Of a stretch of 64,000 bases of DNA, positions 12,190-25,577 are shown one piece after another. This stretch comes from Octopus vulgaris. Lineage: Eukaryota. The translations under genes and the position numbers were made by a program. The stretch covers positions 8,804,001 through 8,868,000 of the forward strand of contig OX597826.1 of assembly GCA_951406725.2 (NCBI GenBank), given 5' to 3'. Under the pieces are notes generated by a model. The model was not told the DNA's origin. It searched no databases and saw only the letters and a list, made by a program, of their open reading frames with translations. Numbering within the stretch: position 1 is the stretch's first letter; each line of letters begins with the position of its first letter.

Positions 12190-14420
12190 AGCATATCAAC
12201 TCTGCAAGCACCATCAAACGTTGCCATGAGACATTTCTCAAAAGCCCAGAAGGGTTTATCTTTGACATCACTAACCTACATAAAGCAAGAATCCGACCGG
12301 GTCCTGATTTGTCTATTACGTGCCCCGCACCGCAACCGTGTATTTTATGCCAAATATTGACGTAGCCTACCTCAAGACCCACAAAGAGTAAAGATGCTTC
12401 TCTGGTGATCTTTACAGACATGATAGACGAACATCACATATATCCCCCAATAGAGAATACACAAGGGCCTCATAGCAGTGAACAAGCAAAAGCGTTAGCA
12501 CATCAGGCAAAATGCTGCCCAGCATTTCGTCCGTCTTTACGTTCTAAATTCAAATTCCGCCGAGGTCGACTTTGCCTTTCACCCTTTTGGGATCGATAAA
12601 CTAAGTACCAGTTGAGCACTGGAATCGTTATAATTGATTTACCTCTTACTCTGAAATTGCTAGCTTTGTGCCAAAATTTGAAACCAACGTACAATGGCTT
12701 CGATAGCATTAATTTTCTATTCATACCATGCTACCATTGATATATTGATATCAGCTATCCACTCATATGAAAACTATTGAAGTCAACATTAAAGAACAAC
12801 ACAAAAACCTGATTATGCAACTACGTGTCAGTTGGTACAATATATTCAGAAGACAGCCACGCTGCAGCCCATATGATTAATCTTTGTATATCCGATTGTC
12901 GAACATAGTTATCACACCATTCGATTATCAGATAGCTGGAGACATGGTATAAACTGGGGCAAGGGAGTTATGGAATGCCCCTTTGTGTTCAGATGACTGC
13001 TTGCTGTCAAGGGGTTTCTCAGTCATGCCTGCAACGGAGTTATACAACAACAACTCTACTTCCAACTCCATCATCAACAACTCCGCCATCAACATCACCA
13101 ACCACACCACCATTTGATGTTGGTGGTGTGGTGGTGTGGTTGGTGATTAAAAACAATTAAAATTTCCACCATCAACAACTCTAGCATCAAACAAATGCCA
13201 CACCACCTTCAACGCCAATACCGATGAACCAACACAATCGTTCAGCCAGAGAGGAATACAGTCAATTCGCTCTCAAATTACACCCCTAAGTTGTTCTTTT
13301 AAAGTTACATTGGATAATCCAACCCTAAATACGTTGTCTCTATAAACAATATAATTGTCAAGACTGGAGATCCTTTTGCCACAGGTTTGCATAATTAAGG
13401 CTAATCTGGGCCTGTACAACAACAGAAACCAAAGAGCTGCAGTACTATCAATTCCACCACCAGAACATCCCCAAAACAGCAGCTAAAATACGCTCACCTG
13501 AATTTCATCAAACCAACTGATTCTGATTGAACTCATTGTGTAATATGAAAGAGTTATGTCGCACGTTCGGATGCCTCTACTACTCAACTCCTACTACTCT
13601 TCTCGACGTCTAGGCGTCTCCCTCTATATCTACGTATTGGGATAGCCTACTTCATCGCCTGGGGGTGTCCACACAACAGAAAACGGAATGGAGATAATCT
13701 ACGTCTGCAAAACTGATAAATATGATACTTTAACCAGCATGTTTAGAGAATCTGGCCTCTAAACCAAAGTTCTCAAGTGGATTCGTGAGCAAATCTGCCT
13801 ATAAACTCATGAAACAGTTCTCAGTTTCTGGGGTGGGGGAGAAAACTTGAGTTCTGAAGGCAACGGCAGAAGTTTAAAAGAGTTTTAAAAGATATAAAAG
13901 ATATAAAACGATATAAAGTCAACCATCATATTCAAAGAATCTAGCTTTCAAAGCAAAGTTCTCGCCATAGAGTTGTATGTCAGGGAGGTTGAGGGGGAAA
14001 ATTCGCCTGTTATCTCATGAAAAGGTTCTCAGTTTCTGGAAGAACGAACGCCAGAGCTCTTAAGGCAACGACAGAAGTTGGGAAGATTTCCAACTGGATC
14101 CGGTCAAGAAGGGATGGAAGTAAATTTCAAAAGGTAGAATTTAACCTACAGTCAACTGGCGTCTTAGACTGAAGTCGTTACAACCAACAAGGTAACATGA
14201 ATCTGAGGCACCTTAACCATTCGGGAGTGTCGCAATGCAGACACTAGCAAGGAATATGTGTGCAGAGGGATACCCACGTGCCATGACCGGGGTGCGGGTC
14301 GCTCCCCTGAAGATATAAAAGTTAAGGGCCGAAACAGTTGTATTAGGGTGGCTTCTTCTCTGTAAAAAGCCTTCTGTTTAGCTCTCCCAACAGTTTCTCC
14401 CTATCAAAGTAATACTGTCA
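12190..14420 (+). mobile_element. Possible heavily decayed Penelope-like element (interrupted by SINEs)
   Basis: Weak PLE RT-like remnants (FDIT, TIEVN, SPY...SII), a ~190 bp tandem duplication and a degenerate hammerhead motif at 14300-14350. Confidence 0.3.
12492..12688 (+). mobile_element. SINE family 2, tail type B
   Basis: ttcaaattccgccgaggtcgactttgcctttcaccc...ttgtgccaaaatttgaaacc. Confidence 0.85.
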
Positions 14421-14639
14421 CCAACAAAATCACCATCAACATCAGGAAATAACGAAGTAAACACTAAACAAACACAATCATCACCGTCATCACAACAACA
14501 ACTATACAACTACAACTTTACTTCAATGCCATAAATATCACCAGCCTCAATCCGACGCCACCACCAGCACCTCTATCATATTATCACCACAAGCTTCTAC
14601 ATCACTGCTGTCGCCACATCATTATCGTTACCGACTTAG

Positions 14640-14696
<57 letters not shown>

Positions 14697-14771
14697 TATA
14701 TAGTAATATTTATATATATGTATGAATATATATAGTAATATATTATATTACATTATATTACCTTATTGTTA

Positions 14772-14852
<81 letters not shown>

Positions 14853-15062
14853 TGTGTGTGTGTGTTGTGTGTTAACACAAATTTCAGGAACCAACTTTTC
14901 ACTGTATTTTTGTTTTTCGTTATTTTATCGCTCTTTGTTAGATTTCTTTTTCTTTCTTTTTTCTTTTTTTTCTTTTTTTATTCGCTCTCTGTGTCTCTTA
15001 TTTCATCAAGAAATTAAAGGTAACAAGAAGGGGCAGCAACAAAAACAACAAAACAACAACAA

Positions 15063-15138
<76 letters not shown>

Positions 15139-15383
15139 AAAAAAAGAAATAGATGAATTCAAATGATCTAATCAAGAATCTTTCTTATACAACATCTTTT
15201 TTTGTCTTCATCTTTTTTTTCCAGTAGAATTGGCATTATGCTTAATACATCATAAAGTTGACAAGACAACTAATAAACACAGTAGCTATTTGGCAAACCT
15301 GTTAATGGCGAAAATTCAACTCCATTTTTCCACAAAGAATTCTTTAACTAGTTAATAAGCATTTTCCTTTTCTCCTTTTTTTC

Positions 15384-15984
<601 letters not shown>

Positions 15985-16136
15985 GAAGGAGAATGCTGGT
16001 GTCTTTTAAGAGACAATGCTAGAATTGACAGGCCTTGTAAAATCTAAAATGTATACCCGCTTAATTGTTAAATCCTTAGGGGTATGGTGATATAAACGTC
16101 AAATTTACTCATTCTTTCGTTCTTTCGTTCTCTTTA

Positions 16137-16185
<49 letters not shown>

Positions 16186-16430
16186 GCTCTGTTACTTCTT
16201 GCTGTTGTTGTTGATGTTGCTGCTGCTGCAATTGATGTTTATGTTGCAATTGTTATATTTCCTGATAGCTAATTTTCTGTTTCGTAGGATAATATTTCTT
16301 GTAGCAAATAAACCTCCACCGACAAACCCCCGCTTCTTATTTTTAGTTTATGGACAACTTTTCAATAAGAATGAAGTTGAATATATATATACGTATACAT
16401 ACATACACACACACATACATACATACATAA

Positions 16431-16522
<92 letters not shown>

Positions 16523-17206
16523 TATATCTTTTTTCATACATTCTTCTCATATATATATATATATTTATATATATATATATGTATATGTATTTATGTATAC
16601 ATTCGGTGCATATTTTATGTCGTGGAAATGAAAATTGCATTGAAAAGGCTAAAGAATAAAGGTGACAAAAATAGGAAGATGTGCTGTTTGGTGTTAAATT
16701 TGGCGTGGAATTTTTCTCCTATCAAGCAAAAATGTAAACTCATCCAATTTCCTTTCCGTTTATTTGTTGCTGTTGTTGCTATTGTTGTTGTCGTTGTTAT
16801 TTTGTGTTTGGTTGAGTGTTTCTACTAATTTTTTTTTTTTTTTTTGTATAGGACTGGTGGGTGTTTTGTTGGGGTTTTTTTCTTTGTAGAATATTATTAT
16901 ATTTGTGAATTCATTAACGTGAATTTTTCATTTCGGAGATTTTGCGATGTTTCTCAAACAAAAAAGTGTGTGATAAAATATGATTTATAACAACCAAATG
17001 CTAATACTTTGTTTTAATGAGGGTCATAGTTAGTGGAATCATTACAATGGTGACCTTCCGACCAAGCGATCTAAGGTTCGTATTCTGCGAATGACAGTGT
17101 ACTGCGACTAAATTAAGAGATCAAATATATGCAATTAACTTTCAAAATTTCATAACATTAATCTTTCAAATATCGGTCCTCTGAAACTCGAAGTAAAATT
17201 CCTTTC

Positions 17207-17386
17207 ATATTTTGGCACAAGGCCAGCAATTTTGGGGAGTGGGTAACTGGTACTTATTTTATCGACCCCGAAAGGATTTGCAGGCAAAGTCGATCTTGGC
17301 AGAATTTTAACTCAGAACGTAATGACGGACGAAATGCCGTTGAGCATTTTTTCCGGCGTTCTAATGATACTGCAAGCTCGCCACTT
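17207..17386 (-). mobile_element. SINE family 2
   Basis: ttttggcacaaggccagcaattt...tttatcgaccccgaaagg...gcaaagtcga. Confidence 0.8.
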
Positions 17387-17389
17387 TTA

Positions 17390-17505
17390 AAGAAGAAGAA
17401 GAAGAAGAAGAAGAAGAAGAAGAAGAAGAAGAAGAAGAAGAAGAAGAAGAAGAAGAAGAAGAAGAAGAAGAAGAAGAAGAAGAAGAAGAAGAAGAAGAAG
17501 AAGAA
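17390..17505. repeat. (GAA)n microsatellite
   Basis: Direct inspection. Confidence 0.95.
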
Positions 17506-19231
17506 TCAAAGATCAACTCCTAATCAATCGCATGATCCTTGAGAAACGCATGACAAACGCAGAAATCTCAGTCCCGCATCGATTGATTATAAAAAAGGCT
17601 TTTGATAGCATACCCCATTCACGGATTTTGAAATCACTGGACATTTTCAAATTTTCTCATGTGATCTCAAACTTCTTGAAGCGCAACATGTCAGCGTGGA
17701 ATAGGTATCTCCATTTATACCATTTTGATGGAGTACTGACTACAAACAGTATTGATATCAACTGTGGCCTTTTCCAAGATGACTCACTTTCACCCCTAAT
17801 GTTTTGCATAGCTCTAATACCCATTACAAGCGAAGTTAACAGAACAGGGTGTGCGTTTAAAATTGACGACAAGTAGATAAGCCATCTGTTTTACATGGAT
17901 GACTTAAAACTCTATGGCAAAGGCGATAACGAGCTTGAAGGATTATTACATACTGTGAAAGCATTCAGTGATGACATCGGGATGGAATTTGGTCTTGATA
18001 AATGTACCAAGGCCACTTTCCAGAAAGGGTGATTGAAGACCTCACATCCAGTGGTGTTAGATGTTGACACATTACTCCTTTACTCTTTTACTTGTTTCAG
18101 TCATTTGACTGCCGCCATGCTGGAGCAACGCCTTTAGTCGAGCAAATCGACCCCAGGACTTATTCTTTGGAAGCACAGTACTTATTCTATCGGTCTCTTT
18201 TGCCGAACCGCTAAGTTACGGGGACGTAAACACACCAGCATCGGTTGTCAAGCGATGTTGGGGGGACAAACACAGACACACAAACATATATATATACATA
18301 TATACGACGGGCTTCTTTCAATTTCCGTCTACCAAATCCACTCACAAGGCTTTGGTCGGCCCGAGGCTATAGTAGAAGAGACTTTCCCAAGGTGCACACA
18401 GTGGGAATGAACCCAGAACCATGTGGTTGGTAAGCAAGCTACTGACCACACAACCATCCCTGCGCCTGCATTAATAAAACAACTTGAGCAGGAACAAACT
18501 TACAAATATCTCGGAATAAATGAGGGCTCAGCATGCATTCACGGAAGACAAGATCAGGAAGGAATGTTACAAGAGAGTTCAGGCAGACCTAAAATCTGAG
18601 TTAAATGCACGTAACAAAGTGTCAGCCATAAATCCCTTAGCAATTCCAATTGTTATTTATAGTTTCAATGTGTTGAACCGAAAAATAAACGAAATAAGGA
18701 AGATTGACAGGAAAATCCGAAAGCTGCTGACTTGCTATAAAATGCACCACCCAAAGGCAGACGCAGATCGGCTTTATCCTTCCAGATCACAAGGAGTTCG
18801 AGGTTTGATCCGATATGAAATCTCTTACAAAACCACCACAATTGGACTGGCGAAATATCTTGAAACTTCTAACGATTGGACGCTAAAACTCGTTGAAAAC
18901 TATGAGAGACGTAAGAAGCTTCATTCTGTCATGAAGGAGAGCAAAACATTTGCTAGTGGGTTCATGCATGATACCCAGGTTGAACAGTAAGTGCGGCAAC
19001 TGTTGTTGCAAAGAAGTTGAAATCAATGGCAAAGCAAAAAGCGTTTGATAGGTGATGGCTGATAGGTGAGAACAAAAACCGCTGCATGGCAAATATGTGG
19101 CCCATAGCAAACAAACTGATGTACACCAGAAGCACACCCATCAGTGGCTACAGAGTTCAGAGCTAAAGGCAGAGAGCAAAGACCTTACCTTAGTTGCTCA
19201 AGATCAGAGCTCATCGATCCGGAACTACCAG
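17506..19231 (+). mobile_element. R4/Dong-clade LINE D, internal RT fragment, decayed, interrupted by a SINE
   Basis: KDQLLINRMILE, KKAFDSIPH, GLFQDDSLSPLMFCIAL, FYMDDLKL, YKYLG, KSELNARNK, MHHPKAD, AQDQ, RNYQ; stops and frameshifts. Confidence 0.9.
18075..18468 (-). mobile_element. SINE family 1, full length, inserted in R4 element D
   Basis: Matches 10701-11139; flanked by direct repeat catta (18070-18074, 18469-18473). Confidence 0.9.
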
Positions 19232-19556
19232 ATCACGTCCCTACGGTCTTAGGGAATTGTAAATGAGCATTAATCTTCTGAATACCGTCAGTTTTCGTTT
19301 CTCTCTATATATATCCCTATGTATCTATATGTGTGTGTGTGTGTGTGTGTGTGCATGTGTGTATGTTTGTGTGTGTGTATGTATATATATATGTATATAA
19401 AATCTGCTTGTAGATATGTATGTATATTTTATATATCAAGCCCAATCGTGTTTATCTGCATCGAGATGTGTGTGTGTGTGCGTGTGTACATATATATATA
19501 TATGTGTGTGTGGGTGTATGTATGTGTGTATGTGTGCGTGTATGTGTGTATGTGTG

Positions 19557-19746
19557 AATAGTTATCGCCAAGCTAACATGGCAGTCCAGAAAAATAGCTG
19601 TGACACACGAACCTGTGTCCAAGGTTATAATGGGCACAGGTTCGTGTGTCATATAGCTAGCTAGAGGCGATGGCCTCTTGGAGCTAATCAACGGCAGCAT
19701 TTGTCCTATTTTTCTGCACTGCCATGTTAGCTTGGCGATAACCATT
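19557..19746. mobile_element. MITE-like element with 37 bp TIRs and two internal hairpins
   Basis: 19561-19597 vs 19706-19742 complementary at 36/37 positions; inner stems 19601-19651 and 19663-19678. Confidence 0.75.
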
Positions 19747-20312
19747 AATATCCAGTACCGCTGCCGTAGTCTCCTTTAGAGAGACTTAGAAATATTAATA
19801 TATGTTGGTACAAAAATGAAGAATTCTTCTTGTCATTCAAAATAGGTTTCTTTGCTGTACAGTCTCAACTTGACAGGTGTAACCTTTGGAATGACTGGCT
19901 GGGCTTGCCCGATAGTTAGACTGTGACTCCACCCATGATGTTTGTGTCAGCTCCGAGATTTCATAAGATGCGATCGAGAACCTAACCGCAAACACAAAAC
20001 TGTTACACTAAAGTGGTGCATTTCTCATGTTTTCACCTTGAAACTGTTTCATAATCTCTGTTTGTCCAGCTGCTTCGTTAATATTTCATACAGATATATG
20101 TCATTTTGTGCAAGGTTAAATGCAGAATAAGTGGTGCTGCCATCTGTGAGTGAAGATGCAGTAATTCAGGATGTGACCACTTCAAAAGCAAAGCAACCCG
20201 AAGTCACTGTCAACAACATAATATTAAATATTAGATACTACACATGTATTGTGTTCTATATTTAGTCAATAATTATTGTTTTCATGTATCTGAAAAACAC
20301 TTATCTTAAACA

Positions 20313-20350
<38 letters not shown>

Positions 20351-21504
20351 TTGCATACCTAAATACATACATACATACATACATAAACATATATATGTTT
20401 GTATATATATATATGTGTGTGTGTGTATGTGTATATGTATGTATGTATGTATATATATATATATATACACATATATATATATATGCATACCTAAATACAT
20501 ACATATATATGTTTGTGTGTATATATATATATATTTATATATATATATGTGTGTGTGTGTGTGAGTATGTGTATATCTATATATATATACATACATACAT
20601 ACATACATACATACATACATACATACATACATACAGACAGACAGACAGACAGACAGACATACACATTCGTAACCGGAAATTGAAAGAATTTCGAATTCTT
20701 TCAAATATTGACGCTGAAAATGTAATAGAGAGAGAACCGAGCGATGAAGGAAGAAAAGAGACAGAAATATAGATGGGAGTGGGGAGAGAACAAAGAGGGG
20801 GGCGGCGATAATGGTTTTAGTGGCGTCACAGAAGATTGAGATATCTCAAAGACTGACTAGGTTTGTTTGTCTGTCTGTTTTGCTTGTTTTCTTGTTTTAT
20901 TCATGTTTTTCTATTTTGTTTTGTGTTTTCCCTCGTTGTATTATTTCTTTCTTTTTATTATTTTTTTTATTTTACTGTTTTTATTATTTACTTATTAATT
21001 TATTTATTTATTTTACTTACTCTTCGAGATCGTTTTAAAGTTATTGGGAGACGTAAACCAAAACGACTTAATGGAAGTCGGCTAAAAGTATTATCAAGGA
21101 AGGAAGGAAAAATCTTAAACTTGCCTTCGTTTGGTATAGTGGATATTTTATGTCTTATCAACGGAAAATGAAAAATATAATAGAATAAAATAGATAGCAA
21201 TAATTGTGAGAATCTACAAGTGACGAAATTGAAAGAAATATATACAAAGAATACAAAAACAAGACATTTTTCTTCTACTTGACCACTGAAGTAAGAAGAA
21301 TCATCTTGTTTTATCATCGCTATTATTATCATCATTACCATCCTTCTTTCTGTTCTTCTCCTTCTGCTCCTGTTCTGCTCTCCCCCTCTCCCCCTTCCTC
21401 TCCTTTTCTCCCCTTCATATTTTTTTATGTAAGCTCCCATATAAATTGTAAGCTGTTCTTGTAATACCCACCTCATCAGTTGCCTCTGTGGTAAATTAAG
21501 AAAC

Positions 21505-21539
<35 letters not shown>

Positions 21540-21599
21540 CCGTCATCATTATCATAATCATCATCGTCATTTTCATTATCGCTATTGTTATTATTACGA

Positions 21600-22367
21600 A
21601 GACGGCGAGTAGACAGAATCGGTAGAGAGTCGGACCAAACCTTGGCAGCATTTCTTCCGGTTCTTTATGTTTCGGGTTCAAATTCCGTCGAGCTCGACTT
21701 TACCTTTTATCCTTTCAAGGTCGATTAAATAAGTACAATTTGAACACAAGGGTCCATCCAATTGACTTGACCCCTTCCTTAAATCTGGTAGCCTTGAACC
21801 ACACAATTTGAAACCCTTGTTGTTGTTGTTGTTGCACAAGGCCTGAAATTTATTGGGGCAGGAGGCAAGCCGATTGCAACGACCCCAGTGTCTCACTGAT
21901 ACTTAACTTATTTACCCCGAAAAAATAAAAGGTAAATTCGACCTCAGAGGAATTTGAACCCAGAATATGAAGACAAACAAAATACCACTAAGCATTTCGA
22001 ATCGTTAGCACGCCAGGCGAAATGCGTAATCGTATTTAGTCTGCCCTTACGTTCTGAGTTCAAATTCCGCCGAGGTCGACTTTGCCTTTCATCCTTTCGG
22101 GGTCAATAAATTAAGTACCAATTACGCACTGAGGTCGATGTAATCGACTTAATCCCTTTGTCTGTGCTTGTTTGTCCCCTGTATGCTTAGCCCCTTGTGG
22201 GCAATGAAGACATAACTACGTTCTGAGTTCAAATTCCGCCGAGGTTGACTTTACCTTTCATCCTTTCGGGTTTGATAAATTAAGTACCAGTGAAACATTG
22301 GGGTTGATATAATCGACTAGTCTCCTCCCACCAAATTTCAGGCCTTGTACCTATAGTAGAAATGATT
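21600..22367. mobile_element. Cluster of four SINE family 2 copies (+,-,+,+)
   Basis: Approximately 21600-21813 (+), 21834-21998 (-), 21999-22213 (+, tail A), 22217-22367 (+, tail C); all carry the ttcaaattcc...gtcga core. Confidence 0.85.
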
Positions 22368-22540
22368 CATTTTACTGGATTGTGATTGCGTAGAATGTTT
22401 TTGTGGTATGGTTTGGTAGTGGTTGTGTCGATTGTAGGTTGTGTGACTTTAATCATTTTATTGCTTTTCTGGCTTTTACTAGGAACTTCCTTATCACATT
22501 ATAGATATCCTGCGCAGCAGCAGCAGCAGTAGCAGTATGT

Positions 22541-22603
<63 letters not shown>

Positions 22604-23087
22604 CTGGTGCTGGTGGTTTTTGCGGGGAAGGTTGCGGTGGCAGCTTCGGGGCCGGTGGTGGAGGTGGTGGTGGTGGTGATCGCGGTGGTGAAGGTGGTAG
22701 CCGTGGAAGCGGTGGTGACGGTGGATATTGCGACGTTGTTATTCAAAGACTTGCATAATAGGAATTCAAGAACCTTTCAAGGGCCAGCAAAAGAACTACA
22801 TAATCAAGGACCATTGTTTCATCGAGGACATGAAAAATATTCGGGTTTCTGTAAGATCTCATTCAATTGTGTCTTAATATCAAAGAGCATGCGGCAGCGA
22901 ATATGTACATTCTTGACACTACATTAATAAGTTCCCGATCAGCACTTTTGTATGTTTTGCGTTGTCCTGAGATATATTTCAATGGCCAGGTTAACAACAC
23001 CTAACCATCAACATACGATCGACATGATTTCTTTGCAATAAAGAAACTTGAACTAATAACTAGTTGATGTTCATTATTAATAAGTTT

Positions 23088-23644
23088 GTTATTTCTTTAC
23101 TGCCCACAAGGGGCTACACAAAGAGGGGACAAACAAGGACAGACAAACGGATTAAGTCGATTACATCGATCCCAGTGCGTAACTGGTACTTATTTAATCG
23201 ACCCCGAAAAGATGAAAGGTAAAGTCAACCTCGGCGGAATTTGAACTCGGAACGTAGCGGCAGGCAAAATACCTATTTCTTTATTACCCACAAGGGGCTA
23301 AACATAGAAGGGACAAACAAGGACAGACATAGGTATTAAGTCGATTATATCGACCCCAGTGCGCAACTGGTACTTAATTTATCGACCCCGAAAGGATGGA
23401 AGGCAAAGTCGACCTCGGCGGAATATGAACTCAGAACGTAGCGGCAGATGAAATACCGCTAAGCATGTCGCCCGACGTGCTAACGTTTCTGCCAGCTCGC
23501 CGCCTTTTAGTATTAAGTTTGTGTTATTCCGCCGAGGTCGACTTTACCTTTTCATCTTTTCAGGGTCGATAAATTAGGTACCAGTTACGCACTGGGGTTG
23601 ATCTAATCAAATTTGAAGCTTTGTGCTTCCAGTAGAAAGATTAT
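23088..23644. mobile_element. Tandem SINE family 2 copies (two minus-strand tail A, one plus-strand fragment)
   Basis: tatttcttta..cccacaaggggcta at ~23090 and ~23275; plus-strand core at 23526-23644. Confidence 0.85.
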
Positions 23645-23861
23645 TGTTAAGTGTGTGGCTGTAACACTTCAAAAGATGACTTATCTGGTCTTCAGCCTCG
23701 TGTCTTTCAGTTATTTGATGTACTCGAATGTTCAGGATGTGCGCGTTTGAGGTGACCTGCGAATTTTCCCGGGTCCCATCGTAGCGAAAAATCCTGATCG
23801 TTTGACTTAATCAGTAGCATCATGTATGAACCGAAATACTGGTCAACTTCCTTGCTGACGT

Positions 23862-24185
23862 TTGTGGCACTCCGTCGGTTGCGACGACGAGGGTTCCAGA
23901 TGATCCGATCAACGGAACAGCCTGCTCGTGTAATTAATGTGTAAGTGACTAAGCACTCCACAGATATGTGTACCCTTAACGTAGTTCTCAGGGAGATTCA
24001 GTGTGTGACAAGGCTGGCCCTTTGAAATACAGGTACAACAGAAACAGGGTTCGCCACCACCCCCAGCCGGAGCCTCGTGGAACTTTAGGTGTTTTCGCTC
24101 TATAAACACTCACAACACCCGATCTGGGAATCGAAACCGGGACCGCCAATCCGCTGCCCTAAAGTACTGGGCCATTGTGCTTCCA
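23862..24185 (-). mobile_element. SINE family 4 (tRNA-derived)
   Basis: Reverse complement begins tggaagcacaatggcccagt...ggtttcgattccc (A/B boxes), followed by a non-coding body. Confidence 0.65.
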
Positions 24186-24242
24186 TGCTGGTGTTTGAAA
24201 TCACTGTGTTCTCGTATATTCTTTTGATATCCTGAACGAGGG

Positions 24243-24459
24243 AAGGCGGCGAGCTTGCAGAATCGTTTGCACGCCGGGCGAAATGCTTAGCGGTGTTTCG
24301 TCTGTCTTTACGTCCCGAGTTCAAATTCCGCCGAGGTCGACTTTGCCTTTCATCCTTCCGGGGTCGATAAATTAAGTACCAATTGCATGCTGGGGTCGAT
24401 CTAATCGACTGTCTCCTCTCCCAAAAATTTCGAGCCTTGTGCCTAGAGTAGAAAAGGAT
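24243..24459 (+). mobile_element. SINE family 2, full length, tail type C
   Basis: aaggcggcgagc...gagttcaaattccgccgaggtcgac...ccttgtgcctagagtagaaaagg. Confidence 0.88.
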
Positions 24460-24519
24460 ATCCTGAACGAGGAATCTGGAAGGAAAATATTAAATTTTGT
24501 TGGTTTATCTCTTTTGTCT

Positions 24520-24741
24520 TTCATCTTTTACTTGTTTCAGTAATGAGACAGCGGCCATGCTGGGGCACAGCCTTGAACAGTTTTAGTCGAACGAATCGAC
24601 CCCAGTACCTATTTTAAGTCTGGTACTTATTCCATCGTCTCTTTTGCCGGACCGCTAAGTTACAGGCACAGACACACTGTCACTGGTTGTCAAGCACTGG
24701 TGGAAGACAAACTCAGACACAAGCACACACACACACACACA

Positions 24742-24803
<62 letters not shown>

Positions 24804-24815
24804 TATATATGTGTG
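24520..24815 (-). mobile_element. SINE family 1, 3' half
   Basis: ttttacttgtttcagt...gcggccatgctgg...tagtcgaacgaatcgacccc...ccgctaagttac. Confidence 0.75.
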
Positions 24816-24976
24816 TATAAGGACTATATTTCGTTTCACCCACCACATTCAGTAGAGGTGAACCCTAGGTCAAGATTCCTACAACTATTGATAGGTGTGG
24901 CACCCATACCTCCTACAAAACACTATTTATTCCGTTTGTTGATTCCTTCAGTTTCGCTTCGAAACGCAAAAAGTAA

Positions 24977-25062
24977 GGAAGCTGACGAAACTGCACCGAC
25001 CATAACACCAGCTTGCATATCCAGCAATGTGCAGTCGGTGCAGTTGAAACACGTGTAGGTCC
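24977..25062 (+). ncRNA. Type I hammerhead ribozyme motif (PLE-type)
   Basis: CTGACGA 24982-24988; perfect 12 bp helix II aactgcaccgac/gtcggtgcagtt; GAAA 25046-25049; palindromic helix III acacgtgt; GUA triplet 25055-25057; helix I weak (3 bp after two mismatches). Confidence 0.7.
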
Positions 25063-25186
25063 CATAAAGATGATGTAAATAACCGTTAAATAAAATCATG
25101 TAAAAAATCTCCGTTCTCCTTATCATTATTAATGTGTGTATGTATACATACATACATACATACATACATACATACATACATACATC

Positions 25187-25525
25187 GGAGAAGACCCCCT
25201 TCGGTCATGACTGACCGTGGAATTGCACCTACAAAGTTACCCTCCGAGGCACAAGTCCGGGCAAGGTTGTTTATGGAAGACCAGCAGTCACCCATGCATA
25301 TCGGCCTCCCCTCTCCACACCACTGATGTTATACAAGGGAAAGGCAAAGGTTGATACAGCTTGGCACCAGTGACGTCCCAATTCCTTTCTACAGCTGAGT
25401 GAACTGGAGCAACGTGAAATAAAGTGTCTTGCTCAAGAACACAACACGCAGCCCGGGCCGGGATTCGAACTCACAACCTCACGGCCGTAAGATCGGCGCT
25501 GTAACCACTGAGACATGCGCCTTCA
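25187..25525 (-). mobile_element. SINE family 3 (tRNA-derived, CORE/V-like central domain)
   Basis: Reverse complement: gaaggcgcatgtctcagtggtt...gagttcgaatccc...ttgtgttcttgagcaagacacttt; embedded in (CATA)n. Confidence 0.75.
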
Positions 25526-25577
25526 TACATACATACATACATACATACATACATACATACATACATACATACATACA

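Noticed and set aside
13600-13660. Minus-strand gcgatgaag-taggc...gccta-gacgtc hammerhead-like motif
   Set aside because: Both core segments are broken; too degenerate to call.
17022-17098. tRNA-Gly-like sequence
   Set aside because: Only partial A/B boxes and poorly paired arms; at most a decayed SINE head or tRNA pseudogene.
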